NCBI GenBank assembly: GCA_030704615.1
Contig: CM060732.1
Coordinates: 77,004,001-77,068,000 of the forward strand
Direction of reading: 5' to 3'
From: Takakia lepidozioides
Lineage: Eukaryota > Plantae > Bryophyta
Length of the DNA: 64,000 nt
Shown: positions 22,994 through 34,110 of the stretch, one piece after another
Position numbering within the stretch: position 1 is the stretch's first letter
Layout of the letters: each line of letters opens with the position of its first letter
Made by a program: the position numbers and the translations under genes
Notes under the pieces: model-generated
The model's input: only the letters and a program-made list of their open reading frames with translations
What the model was told of the DNA's origin: nothing
The model's database searches: none

Positions 22994-23958
22994 TGTTAGA
23001 GGGCTGCTTGGGACTTACACGCTTTTACGGGTTCTGTGGGGTACTCTTAATTTTTGCGCAGACTTATGGATGGTAGACTGAGACCAACATGAGCCTTAGG
23101 GGTGATAGGCGCAGGCTTTAGGGGGGGTAGATAGCCCGACACAGCTCGACACAGCTCGACACAGCCAGACACAGCTTTGCACAGCCAGTCACAGCCAGAC
23201 ACAGCCCGACACAGCTTCGCACAGCCAGTTACAACCCGATACAGTCTGACACAGCCCAACACAACTTTACACAGCCAGTCACAGCTCGGCACAGTCACAG
23301 CTCGACACAGCTTGGCACAGCCTGTCACAACGTACATAGGGAACGGTTATCATTGACAGGGAACGACTGTGTGGGAACGACATCTGCAGAGGGAACTGTT
23401 ACTTCAGGGGTGACAGTTAGTTAGTTAGGTGGTTATAACATCTTGCGGGTAGATTAGGCAGGGCGGCAACAGGAGGGGGATCACTTCTTGGAGGAGCGCG
23501 ACTTAGTGAGGGGAGGAGGAGACGAAACGGAGAGCGGAAACGGTGAAGAGAAGATGATGACTTGATTGAGGCTTAATTCATGCAAGCTGTAGAATCATAC
23601 AGTAGGGTAAATTAGGGACACCATGGCATTGGCCTGATACTTGATTAATCTTAATCTGATACTTAATCGATACAATCATACTATGTAAAGAGACATGAGA
23701 GAAGCTGTGGAATGAATGAATGATTGATTGGAACTTGGTAGATACTGAAGCAATTTGATGCTTCAGTATACACAGTAAGGTAAATTGATAACATGAAGGC
23801 AAGAACGAATACAAATAGGAAGCACAACCATGATTCACTAGCTGTAGGTCATGACTGATTGTTCTGAGCGGGCTGAGTGCTTAGAGATATCCAACTCTTC
23901 TATCTTGGAGTTTCCACCTCGGATAACGAAGGGACGGGTGAGTAAAAGCCGCTCGACA
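22994..23958 (+). repeat. Family A 3' LTR (965 bp, diverged)
   Basis: TGTTAGAGG...GCTCGACA after a PPT; CACAG array at ~23135-23330. Confidence 0.9.
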
Positions 23959-24057
23959 GGGATCCGACTTGTTTTTGTTTGAAGCCATTTACCATCTATC
24001 TATAAGAAGGGTTCCAGATAACCATCTTCAGTGGAGAGGCCAAGGCAATGTTGTCGC

Positions 24058-26860
24058 TTACCAGGTGTTTCTAGGTCCCTCCTTCTGGTCCCATAAATCT
24101 GGGATCCATTTCGCTAGGAGTGCAGTAAACTGAGTTTGTGGGTCTATAATGCCCAATCCCCCTTTCTTCTTTGGTAGGCATATCTGTTTCCATGACACCT
24201 GTGGCCTTTTTTTCTCTGAGGGGTGCTTTGCCCCCCAGACAAAGTTGCGCATGAACTTTTTCATTTCATTCACTTGCATTTTGTTGGGCCTCCATGCTGA
24301 GGCGAAATACCATTGGCCAGCTGATAGGACCTGATTGGCTACCAGCACCCTACCAGTTAAAGACAAATGGTAGCTGCCCCAATGAACTAGCTTGGTTTTA
24401 AATTTGGTTTGCGCTGCCTCAAAAATCTGTTGATCCGATAGATCTATGCCATACATATAACCTAGCAAGGTTGTTGATTGCCCTGGTTTCAGCCATCTAA
24501 GACCTTTATCCTGCCCCCAAATTGGGTCAACTTCCAGAGTTGAGGCCGAGGTTTCTCCCACGAGAAGGGCACATGATTTGCCCCAGTTAACCTTGAATCC
24601 AAAGCCAGGCAAAATGCTCGTAGTAAAATGCTGGCATTATCTAGATTGGAGTGTGTGGCCCGTAAAGCTAGGAACGCATCGTCTACGAACATGGATTCCT
24701 TAATTTGCTGCGGCTGTCTAGTGAAGTGATTTGTAATATGAAGACTTGTGATGTGGTGACTTGCCTCCATCATATGGCCCAACGTGGGGTCATCATCCTC
24801 CTTTTTAAGAAAGGGGACAGAACAAACATTGGAAATTATAGATCCATAACCCTGCTGAACGTGGCCTACAAGATAATTGTCAAAGCCTTGGCAATCCGAC
24901 TGCAGCCACACCTCCCAGTCATCATTAGACCCAGCCAAACTGGCTTCATTAAGGGCAGATATATACTATGTTGGCCCAGGAAATTCCAGTCTTTGCAAAG
25001 AAAACCAACCAGGCTATTGCAATGCTCCTTCTTGACTTTGAAAAGGCATTCGATAGGGTGGAGTGGTCCTTCCTACTCGGGGCACTCCACAGGGTGGGAA
25101 TTTCCCAGGAGTTCTGCTTAAGGGTTCAAACACTATTGATGGGGTCGTCTAGCAAGGCTCTCCTCAACGGGCATCTATCCAAGTCATTTCCACTGCTCTG
25201 GTCGGTACGCCAGGGGTGCCCCCTGTCCCCCTTCCTCTTCATTATAGCAGTGGCATGCTCCGAGAGCGAAAGATGTGGTTAGCCATCACCAAAAAATCTT
25301 GCGCTATGTGTGTCCACAACGATTTATAGAACTCAGCCGGGATTCCATCAAGGCCCGGGGATTTACCGTTCTGAAGCTTGTCCAGTGCGTCCTGCAGCTC
25401 TATGTCCGTGAATTCACCATCCAGCGACTGGGCCTCCGAGGGATGCATCAGTTTAGGGGTGTGATCTAGGCTCTGGATCTGCTCTGGGGTTAGGGGTTGG
25501 CAGCTCGAATCGCTGTGAAACTGGCTCCTGAAGTGGGTGGCAGCCAATGCCGCCAGCTCCTTGGGAGTTTTTGCTGAGCGGCCGGAGATAGGGTCCTTGA
25601 GTTCCGCGATCGAGTGGGCCACTCTTTTCTGCCTGGCTTGTCAAAAAAATATTTGGTCATCTTCTCACCCTTTGTTGACCAGTTTATACCAGCCTAGAGC
25701 CTAAACTTCTCTTCCTTGAGCGATTGGAAGAGTTCCATATTCTTCTTTGCCTCCAGATACGTTTGGTAAGTAGGCTCGTCACATCTAGGGGATTCCATTC
25801 TGGTTTGGCAAACCTTAAGGCATTTCGTCAAGGCTTGGAACTTCCTTTTCCTGGCTTCCGTGATTTCTTTGCTAAGCTTTTTGCTGGCTGCTGCTACTGC
25901 GTTCAGCTTGAGAAGGAATCTGTCGACTGGGTTGGTAGAGCCATTCCCCGCTTGAGCCCAAGCTAGCGCTAATCCATGTTTGAAGGCTGGGATGGAGAGG
26001 AGGGAGGCGTTCAGCCTATAGATTCCTCTCCCCCTTGCTTGAGAGTTTGGGATGGATATTGTGGTTGAGACCTGCGCATGGTCAAAGCCCATTGGAATGG
26101 GCTCTTGGTTATTTCGGGCTGACCACTGGATGATATTTACTGATGCATATATCCTATCCAGTCTTGCCATGTTTAGGTGAGATAAATCCCGACCATTTGT
26201 CCATGTGAAGAATGGCTGATTGGCCCTATCTGTCTGCTGATGGATCCAGTCAGTCTCTACCAGGTTATGGTTTTGGGCAAGTAGCTGCCATGTATCCACA
26301 TCCTCTGAGAGCTGTCCCGCCAATCCCAGGCCTCTTCTATCTGTGGCTTGCTCCACCATATTGAAGTCCCCAACAACGACCCATTGGTGGATGCCCTGTT
26401 GGGCCATCATGTTGGTGTTCAGTTCCGACCAGAAAACTATTCTTTCATGGGTACTATTTGGGGCATAAATGTTTACTAACCCCAGTGTGCGAAGGTTGTT
26501 TGGCAGGGCTAAGGAGCAAAACTGGGCTCTACCTGATATCCAAGATTCTTCCGAGAGGATGAGAGTATGAGTGGCTGGCAAGAAAAGCATTGCCGTTCCA
26601 CCTCGAGTCCCCTCCGAGGTGGGTTTCCACAAGGATAAATTCTTTGGCCATATGTGATCTGTAAGACTGTCTAATTTGGCCTGATTCTGTTTGTGCTCTT
26701 GAATGAAGACTATGGTTGTCTGGTTGACTAAGAGGCTAAGGTATGAGGATAGCCTTACTCTTTTGAGGGAGGAAGGGTCCAAGCCCAGACCCCTTACATT
26801 CCAGGACGTAAGGTTAATCTGCATCTGGCAGTGTTGGCAGGCTGTGGTCAAGGGACCCAA
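24058..26860 (-). pseudogene. LINE ORF2 (APE endonuclease + RT), disrupted; RT core ~24770-25250 is inverted onto the + strand
   Basis: APE: SWNVRGL, IQEH, NIYAP, GDFN, FTW, ARLDR, DH. RT: KSPGLDG, NYRSITLLN, QTGF, LDFEKAFDRV, VRQGCPLSP, MFVDD, GGLG. Confidence 0.9.
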
Positions 26861-27255
26861 ATGATGGCCTGTGAATGAAGAATCTGACCCGTTTGTCGCA
26901 TGGCAACAATGATTTAACCCATAGGAAGTTTTCGGGGGGCTTTGGGCTTAGCCTTTGATTTTGATAATGGCCACCAGAGATAGCTCCAGTGGGTCCTCTT
27001 GCCTTGGATTGGGGTGCATCTGAAACTGGTCTTTGTTGGGGATGTTGGTAGTGATACTTGAGGGGATAACTCATTCATGTAGCGATCCCCGGTGCAAGGC
27101 TTGGTGGATGATATGTCTGATGTTGGCCAGGGGATGTTCTGACTCCCCTGGTTGTGTTGGGGGGATGAGGATGGCAGGTAGAGATTGTCTATGCGTCGGC
27201 TAATGACGTAGTCCAGGCTTCCTACAAAGCAACCAACATCTCTTCGCGTCATTTG

Positions 27256-29552
27256 CTATTGGCTGATAAATGAAACAAGGAAGGGTGAGAGGCTGCACCT
27301 GGGTTTGGATGGGTTCCTGCGATTGAGTTGCAGGCGGTGGAGAGGCTTCTCCTTACCTTTGGACTGGATCTCCAGATGTAAGGGGGCTGGTGATGAAGCC
27401 ATTCTAGCTCCCCTTGATACTGAGTCGACCGACGACGAAGAGGCTGTGGGCAGTCCTGCTCCTCCCACTTGCTCCCTAGTTCTCTGCAGCTCCATTCGGT
27501 GGTTCTCCTCTTCCATCTCCACGTCTAGCCTCATTGAGAGTAAGGTGAAGGTGTTGCGCAGTGCATCTCTTGACCTGATCTTGAAACCGCCCTGCCCCCA
27601 CACCCTGATAAGCGCCGACTCATTAATCCATAGCGTTCCTGGAGGGGCAGGGGTATGATACACCTCTGCTTCCTCAAGAAGAGCTAGGATGTGAGTGGAA
27701 GGTTTGGTTGTGAGGCCCGGGTGAACTTCCTTGTATGCCCCCCAGGTGATCGTTGAAAATATAGTGATGAGGTAGTGCTTGAGGTGGGTTTTGAGGAACT
27801 CCTGTATTTTTGCCTTTATCATAGGGTGTGGGTCACTGTTTGGCGGGCATGTGGCAATGAAGGCCTTGACATCTGTTGTGGTAATCCATAGTGATTCCAG
27901 GCATTCTATGTTTCCAGAGGAGATAAGAATGGAGGGAGGCTTACTTTTCCTGAAGATCAAGGGAGTAACACAAGATGCCTTGGGGATATCGTCCGAGTCC
28001 AACTGTGAACATCCCCCTAGGATCAATTTGGGGTATGTGTTGAGTCTTGTGAGGCACAATCTGGCTAGGATTGGGTTGCTGGCTATGCCTGACTGCATGC
28101 TTTTGTAAATGCCCCTTGGATCCAATTCCGGTTTCAGGCCAGCCTTCTGGGATTTGGGTTGCCTTTCCCTCCCTTGCTCAGTGCATTTTCCTTTCCCTTT
28201 GTGTGCTGGTGGGAGCATCTTCCCAGCTTTGAGATACATGGGATCTGAGTGCTGTCCATGTGTCCTTGGTTCCCTTGGCGTTGGACTGATCTGCAGCAGG
28301 TCTGTGTTCTGGGCTATCTTTCCGTGTGCCTCCTTTTGCCCAGCTTGGGGGAGGGCGTTTTTTTTCCTCCATTGCTGGTTGAGTGGTGGTAGTGGGCCTG
28401 ACTTGCCTCCTGATCCTGGGGATCTTTTCCTTTTCCCCGAGGGACAGTCAGCTTTGATATGGCCTGTTTTTCCACAGTTGAAACACTCTGCCGAGGTCTT
28501 CTCCTCCAGCAGTCTGATTGTAAAGTAATTACCTTCCTCATCGATGGGGAGTCTTACATAGTCCGGGATTGTGTCTTCCTCCGGCATCATCAGCACCATT
28601 TTTGCAAATCCATTATCATTTGGCCTTGATGCTATTGTGGCATGTTTCCATGCTGGGTATTTTCTAATGCTGTCAGTGTTCATGAATGGATCAAACACTC
28701 CCAGGCAACCCAGAAAGGATCCAAAGTGGTTGGCAATGTCAGGGATGTTGAGAAGATACTGGTCTGGAATATACGGAAGAGATACTATTCTTGGACCCCA
28801 CAACTTCCCATTTTTGTGTCCCCACTTTGCTGACCATGGAAAGATATTCATGTTAAACCCCAACAAGTGTGGGTTGATCTGGAGGGCTTTTGCCGCTGCC
28901 TCTTGAGTCTCAAATTGCATGGAAAAGAAGCCTCTGCCTTTGGCGTGGCAGAAATGATGCAAGAGCTCCCCCCCCCCCCCCCCCCTCCCAAGTGCTTGAT
29001 TGGCCAGTCCCTCACAAATGATCTACCCACTTTCTTACCAGGGAAGTGGACGAGGATTCCGCTGTCTTCCATGCAGGATACCCTGCCTTTGAGGTTTGGC
29101 ATGTCCACCAGTATAATCTGGTGGTCCCCACTGAGGCCTTCCTGCGTGGTAATGCGGTCTTCCCCCACCAGGTCGCCTTCCATCTGATTTTGAATCTGAG
29201 TCGCCTCCATGTGTTGTCTTGCAGGTGTGAACATCGGCTGAGGTTCCAGTGCAAGCTGAAGGGCTTGAGTTGGAGGTGGTGGTGGGCCCTGCATGGTTTC
29301 TGCCACTGTAGGCGGATGAGGATTCGTGGTCACTCTTGTAATCAATTGCCCTCTTCTCTCTCCAATCCCCCCGATGGATTGGGTTTGGTGTGCAAGAAAG
29401 TATCCTGTTCCAGAAGTTGGGCGGGACCTTGTCCAGAAGTGAGGATTGGTGGGCCCTGTTCGATATCCCCTGCCACGAGCTGAGCTCTGGCCTCTTGAGC
29501 TGAATAGCATGTTCCTTGGTGGAGACATCGTTCGTTGATGAGTTGTCTGCAA
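27256..29552 (-). pseudogene. LINE ORF1 (RRM-like region + CCHC knuckle), frameshifted at a C18 tract (28968-28985)
   Basis: KGRGFFSMQF RNP-like motif and CFNCGKTGHIKADC; the two overlapping ORFs switch at the homopolymer. Confidence 0.8.
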
Positions 29553-29939
29553 CTATCAGTTACTGAGAGTAGCCCAACGATGGGAGCGAGTGCACTTCCG
29601 CTTGGCTAGAGAATGAGTAGGTGTTGAGCTTAGGGGCTGGCTGGCTGGGGGCACGGGAGTTTGCTGGGTGCACTGATTATTAGTTCCTACTGCTGAACCC
29701 CTTTATGGGTTCGTCTCGACTGTGGAGCTCGCCGCTTCGAGTTGATAAGTCATTAATAGAGACAGCCACTAGATAGCGCTGCCGACCGTGCTAATGATGA
29801 AAGCCGTCGTTGGGATACAGGTTCCAGTAGTGGTCTAAGAGGTCAAAAGATTGGAGGAACGTACTTACATGATGCATGATTGGAAAAGGGAAGTAGTGCA
29901 ATTGAGAATATGAGCTGCCGGGATAGTTTCAATCCCAAT

Positions 29940-30110
29940 GTCATCAGGCTAGAAGGTTGTGTGGATGGAAAACCTACCTCTATACTTATCGATTGTGGAA
30001 GTTTTTATAAATTTTCTATCTAAAAAATGAGCAAACAAATTCAAGATATAGACAATGACAGCAGAACTTAGCATTATTTTACTTCCTGATGAAAATACTA
30101 GCAAAGGGGA
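29940..30110 (+). pseudogene. Degenerate retrotransposon aspartic-protease remnant
   Basis: Translates as IRLEGCVDGKPTSILIDCGS, resembling the LIDSGS retropepsin motif. Confidence 0.45.
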
Positions 30111-30249
30111 TTTTTCAGATCTAATTTGTGAGCAAGTGTAGGGAGTAGATGGTGTGGTCCCTTTGTTTTTTTCCTAGATTTTTTGGACTTTTTGGGCTTA
30201 TTTGGACTTCTTGTATTTCATGTGAGTCTCTAACATGCTTTCAAAAAGA

Positions 30250-30398
30250 TAGTTTTCATGCATTTTTCATGTGAGGTATTTAAAAAAAAAAAAAAGTCAA
30301 TAAAAAGCATTGGGCGTTAAAGGTATTTTTCATGCGTTTTTCATGTGAGGTATCTTTTTTTTCCGAAAAGTCAACAAATAGCATTGGGTGCTTAAGGG
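30250..30398 (+). repeat. Imperfect tandem duplication, ~75-bp unit
   Basis: TTTTCATGC.TTTTTCATGTGAGGTAT...AAAAGTCAA...AGCATTGGG occurs twice. Confidence 0.75.
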
Positions 30399-31956
30399 CT
30401 AGGGGTTGGACCATAGAAGAGTTGGAGCACGTTGCATTCCCTATCTAAAGTCTTCAGTTGTTTTAATTTTTGTACAATATGAACCAGATAATATTGAAAG
30501 TGATTGGTATAAACAAGTGTTGATGATCTGGTATATAGGTTGTACTTTGATATAAGCACTGGTATTGTCTTGGTACCATCATACTCGTACCAAAAGTTGA
30601 CATATGTAAGCAAATGAACCTACCAGAATGATATCATTGGACAGACAAATATAACTATAAGAGCATCCACACCCTTGAGCCCGAAAGGCTCCATGTCACG
30701 CCAAAGATAAGCTGATAGATTCAGGCCCCCTATTGGCATTGGGTTCTGTGGCGGGGCAGCCCCAACTCGCGCACACCATGGCTCAGAGTAGCCTTCCGTG
30801 TACCCGTCCCACCGTTTAAGGGAGGAAACGGACAAAAATGGCCGGGTACACTTCTCACTTCCATGCATGGGGCGGTGGGGCCCGAGGGACGAGTTTCCCG
30901 TGTGGGTAGCGCGGCCCATAAAATGGGAAGAGAGCTCGCCCAGTACGGCGAATTGATTGCAGCATGTAGTAACGTTTGATTTGCAGCATGTACTTGCCTG
31001 TACCCGTCACATTAAAGTCACGGTTACTTGCAGTGTCCTCTACCACCTCATGCTAAAGTCCAAAAAGAGCACCCTGTCGCCAAGCTCTACATAGAAGTGG
31101 ACGAGCTGGAGAGTGGCTATTTTCTCCAAGCGGTAGGCAAACTCCTCTTTCTGCAGGCCGGGCCCCTCCACATGGAAGGACGCTCTAAATCACCCCTGCT
31201 ATTCCTAGATCCGCCGTTCCCAACCCCATTCTTGAACGTCCCCTCTGGCGTTCCCATATTGGTCGTCGCGGTCGCTCCAAGCTGCTAGCGGGAAGCACCA
31301 ACACGCTTTCCCCGACATCGCCTGGTCATGGTCACTCGGTGTCAGGGCAGGTTCAGGTCACTATATACTGCGCTCCGGTTCATCGCTCTCACCGACATAC
31401 AGTACCCGCCCGTCATTACGGGCCGATATAGATTCCGGGGCAGGGTATGGATGTTTTCCGCCCAGTTCGAATCTGTCTCTTGTCCAATTCCGTTGGCGGG
31501 CTGGGTTCAGTCTAGGGTGTGGTCTCTCTACTACCTGAGCCAATATAACCAAGTCAAGAAGTGCATATATATATATATACATATTACAAGTTGATTTTGC
31601 CTAGGTATTGAGATTTTGACCCAGTATAGAATGGATTTTTAACAACAACATTTCCAAAATGATACGCACTCCAACTGGTAGTGTTGTGAAAAATGTAATA
31701 CCACAACACCACTAGATAAACTTACTATGACAATATCTCTTTATAACTGCTAAGTTTTTTGTATGATAATTAATGTTATCGACATCAATGAGCCCATGTA
31801 CTTTTATTGCGTTGCCGTGAGAGTGATGGCAGGGTGGGCCAAGGGGACCAAGCCATCAATAAGTAGCCGGCAACGAAAGCAAGCGATCAAGACATGCAAG
31901 ACAGCATGAAACAAGCGGCCAAGCAGATCCCATCTACAAGCAAGGGCTGAAAACTC

Positions 31957-34110
31957 TCAAATTAGAACAATCCCAACTTGCTTTAGAATCTGTGCTTCTC
32001 TGTTCAATTCCGAGCCTCGAGGATTGCCTGTAAGGCATGGTCTACGCGGCCACTTGAGCTGCAGTAATGCCTGCAGCATACTTAAAATGGAGGGCCTTTG
32101 AATCGTCCATGACTCCAGAGCGTGCTCATGCACACGGACATAACAGCCCAGTACATAAATCAACGAATACATGGTGGCGCCATCTCATTGGCCTTCTAAA
32201 TCTGAGTCCTAAGGACCTGCAACGGCTAGGATAGAACCCGCATCCCACTGAACTGGTCGTAGGTCGGCTCGTGGAGAAGCTTGGCAGCCATAAGTTAGCT
32301 AGCTGAATATTAGTTTCCAAATAGCTGAATATTGTAGAGATACAGCGTAAGCATCATCTCGGGAAAAACATACACATATGTAGTGTATGTTTGAGGTATC
32401 TTCACAATTTCGAGCTCTCCAAACCCTTCTGATCATAGGAGGAGCGCCTCTAGCTGCGGCTATTCCTGGGCTTGCTCTCCTGAAAACTAAAAATGTCTCA
32501 CAGAATCTCTCCAGGGGACCTCCCGTTTTAAAAAGTAACCTGGGATGTCTTATACGACGGGCATCAATCCGATCGATCGCAATGCAGCAGACATCTTGGA
32601 CACCAATCTCATACAAATTGGGCAATAACCTCTTTGATGGTACAATTCTTCTCCTCGATAAGAGTCAGGGAAAGCTTAAATTCGATGACAAGTTTCTACA
32701 AATTTCTGGTGTAGACCTTGTGTAGATCTACTCCGTTTCTTAGATTGTTGGCGACTCCCAGTCAGAAGCAAATCGTCCGTATGAATGAAGATCCTCTGAA
32801 CATCCCATCTATTAATCAAATAAACCATCCACAGGAGATGAATATCTGTCAACCACATCTATCTGGTAACTCGTGCATCGTTAAGGAGATTCTGTCCAGA
32901 TGAAAGTGCCAGTTTGGGTCTATGGGATACTGACAATCCGCAAGCCCCCAGCTAGATCCTCGGTCAGGATGTCAGCATATCCGAGCTTGGGTAAAAGCCA
33001 TATCGTACTCTTAGAAACTCCTTTTAATACTCTGGAATTTGATCGACTCTTACCCTGCAAAAGGGGAAGCATGCAAGCCGCCCTGAGACCCTTCTCTGTC
33101 CTCACTGGAGGATTCTATTTCTCTGCTAGGTAATCGATAATTACAAGGGCGCGGGTGGAAGAATCTCCATCTGGAGCATTGTTTGTTTTCGTTCTCTGTT
33201 GCTTCTCGGCTTTGATCCACTAAGTGGAGCCCAACTGGATCAGCTCATTCGTTTGCCCTTGATTGAACATTCTGTTAAGATATTGTAGTGCTCAAAATGA
33301 TCTACATGGAACCGGCCGGGCTTTAGATAAATCTGTTTATTTAGTGTTAAAATGAGGCCCTTTTAGTTTGCCAGCTGCTCTGTAAGAACCTTTAATGGAA
33401 AGAGTAGGTGCACGTTGTAAGAACTTAATTCCAGATCTATGCTTTGAACCATCATTTAAGCTTAATTTTCTCTTAGAGCTCTACTGATTCTAGAAAGACG
33501 TGGGTGGTTGTAGTGACATCGCTTTGAGCTGAAAATCAGGTCTCGTCTTTTCATACATCGTGCGACGTCTGGCAAGGGCTTAGACTACGTTCAAAGATTT
33601 TACACTATCATATTGATCGTCTGCTGCAAGCTGCTCGGAGCTGATCACCTAGATCTGATGTCTCCGCCAGACCACGATGCATTTCAACCGACTAGCTATG
33701 CACAGGAAGAACAATAACACAAAAGCAAGGCGAATCACTCAAATTAATCGGAATCGCTTAAAATCCAAAGTCCTTCGGAGGAAGGCTGACGTAGATTTAG
33801 TTCCGAAATTGTAGCTGCTGCGATGATCTTTCTTGTCTGCTGGCTACACTAATCCGTGCTCTGAATCTGGAACCTTGTCCCCATCTGGAGCCTTTTCAGT
33901 TTTTGCTCTGATCTGTAGTGCTAATATGTTAGCAGCAGCTGGCGGATTCGTCAATGACCCAAATTTGTGCGTCAATCCTAGGGGTAAAGTGGCGAGAAAC
34001 AACATTCCCAAATCCAAGCACCTTTTTTCGGGCCCTTTCCTCAGATTTTTGTCTGTTCGAATGGACATTGTTTTGGGTCCAAGTTTCTTTCTCAAGTCTG
34101 CAGTCAAGTC
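31957..34110 (-). pseudogene. Highly decayed transposon-type coding remnant, possibly a Ulp1/C48-like cysteine protease
   Basis: Ordered - strand fragments WLTDIH, NIHYICVCF and SVGCGFY loosely match the C48 motif order; many stops. Confidence 0.25.

Larger units (their letters stand above)
17221..23958 (+). mobile_element. Family A copy 3: 5'-truncated Ty3/gypsy, non-chromovirus (Athila/Tat-like)
   Basis: RT-RNaseH-integrase order, then extra ORFs, PPT and LTR; no chromodomain evident. Confidence 0.93.
23959..29700 (-). mobile_element. L1-type LINE; 3' end cut by family A copy 3; 5' boundary approximate
   Basis: ORF1 with CCHC knuckle followed by ORF2 with APE endonuclease and RT. Confidence 0.9.

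Noticed and set aside
31676-31716. Helitron 3' hairpin plus CTAG
   Set aside because: Long AT-rich loop, wrong spacing to CTAG, no following T and no identifiable 5' TC end.
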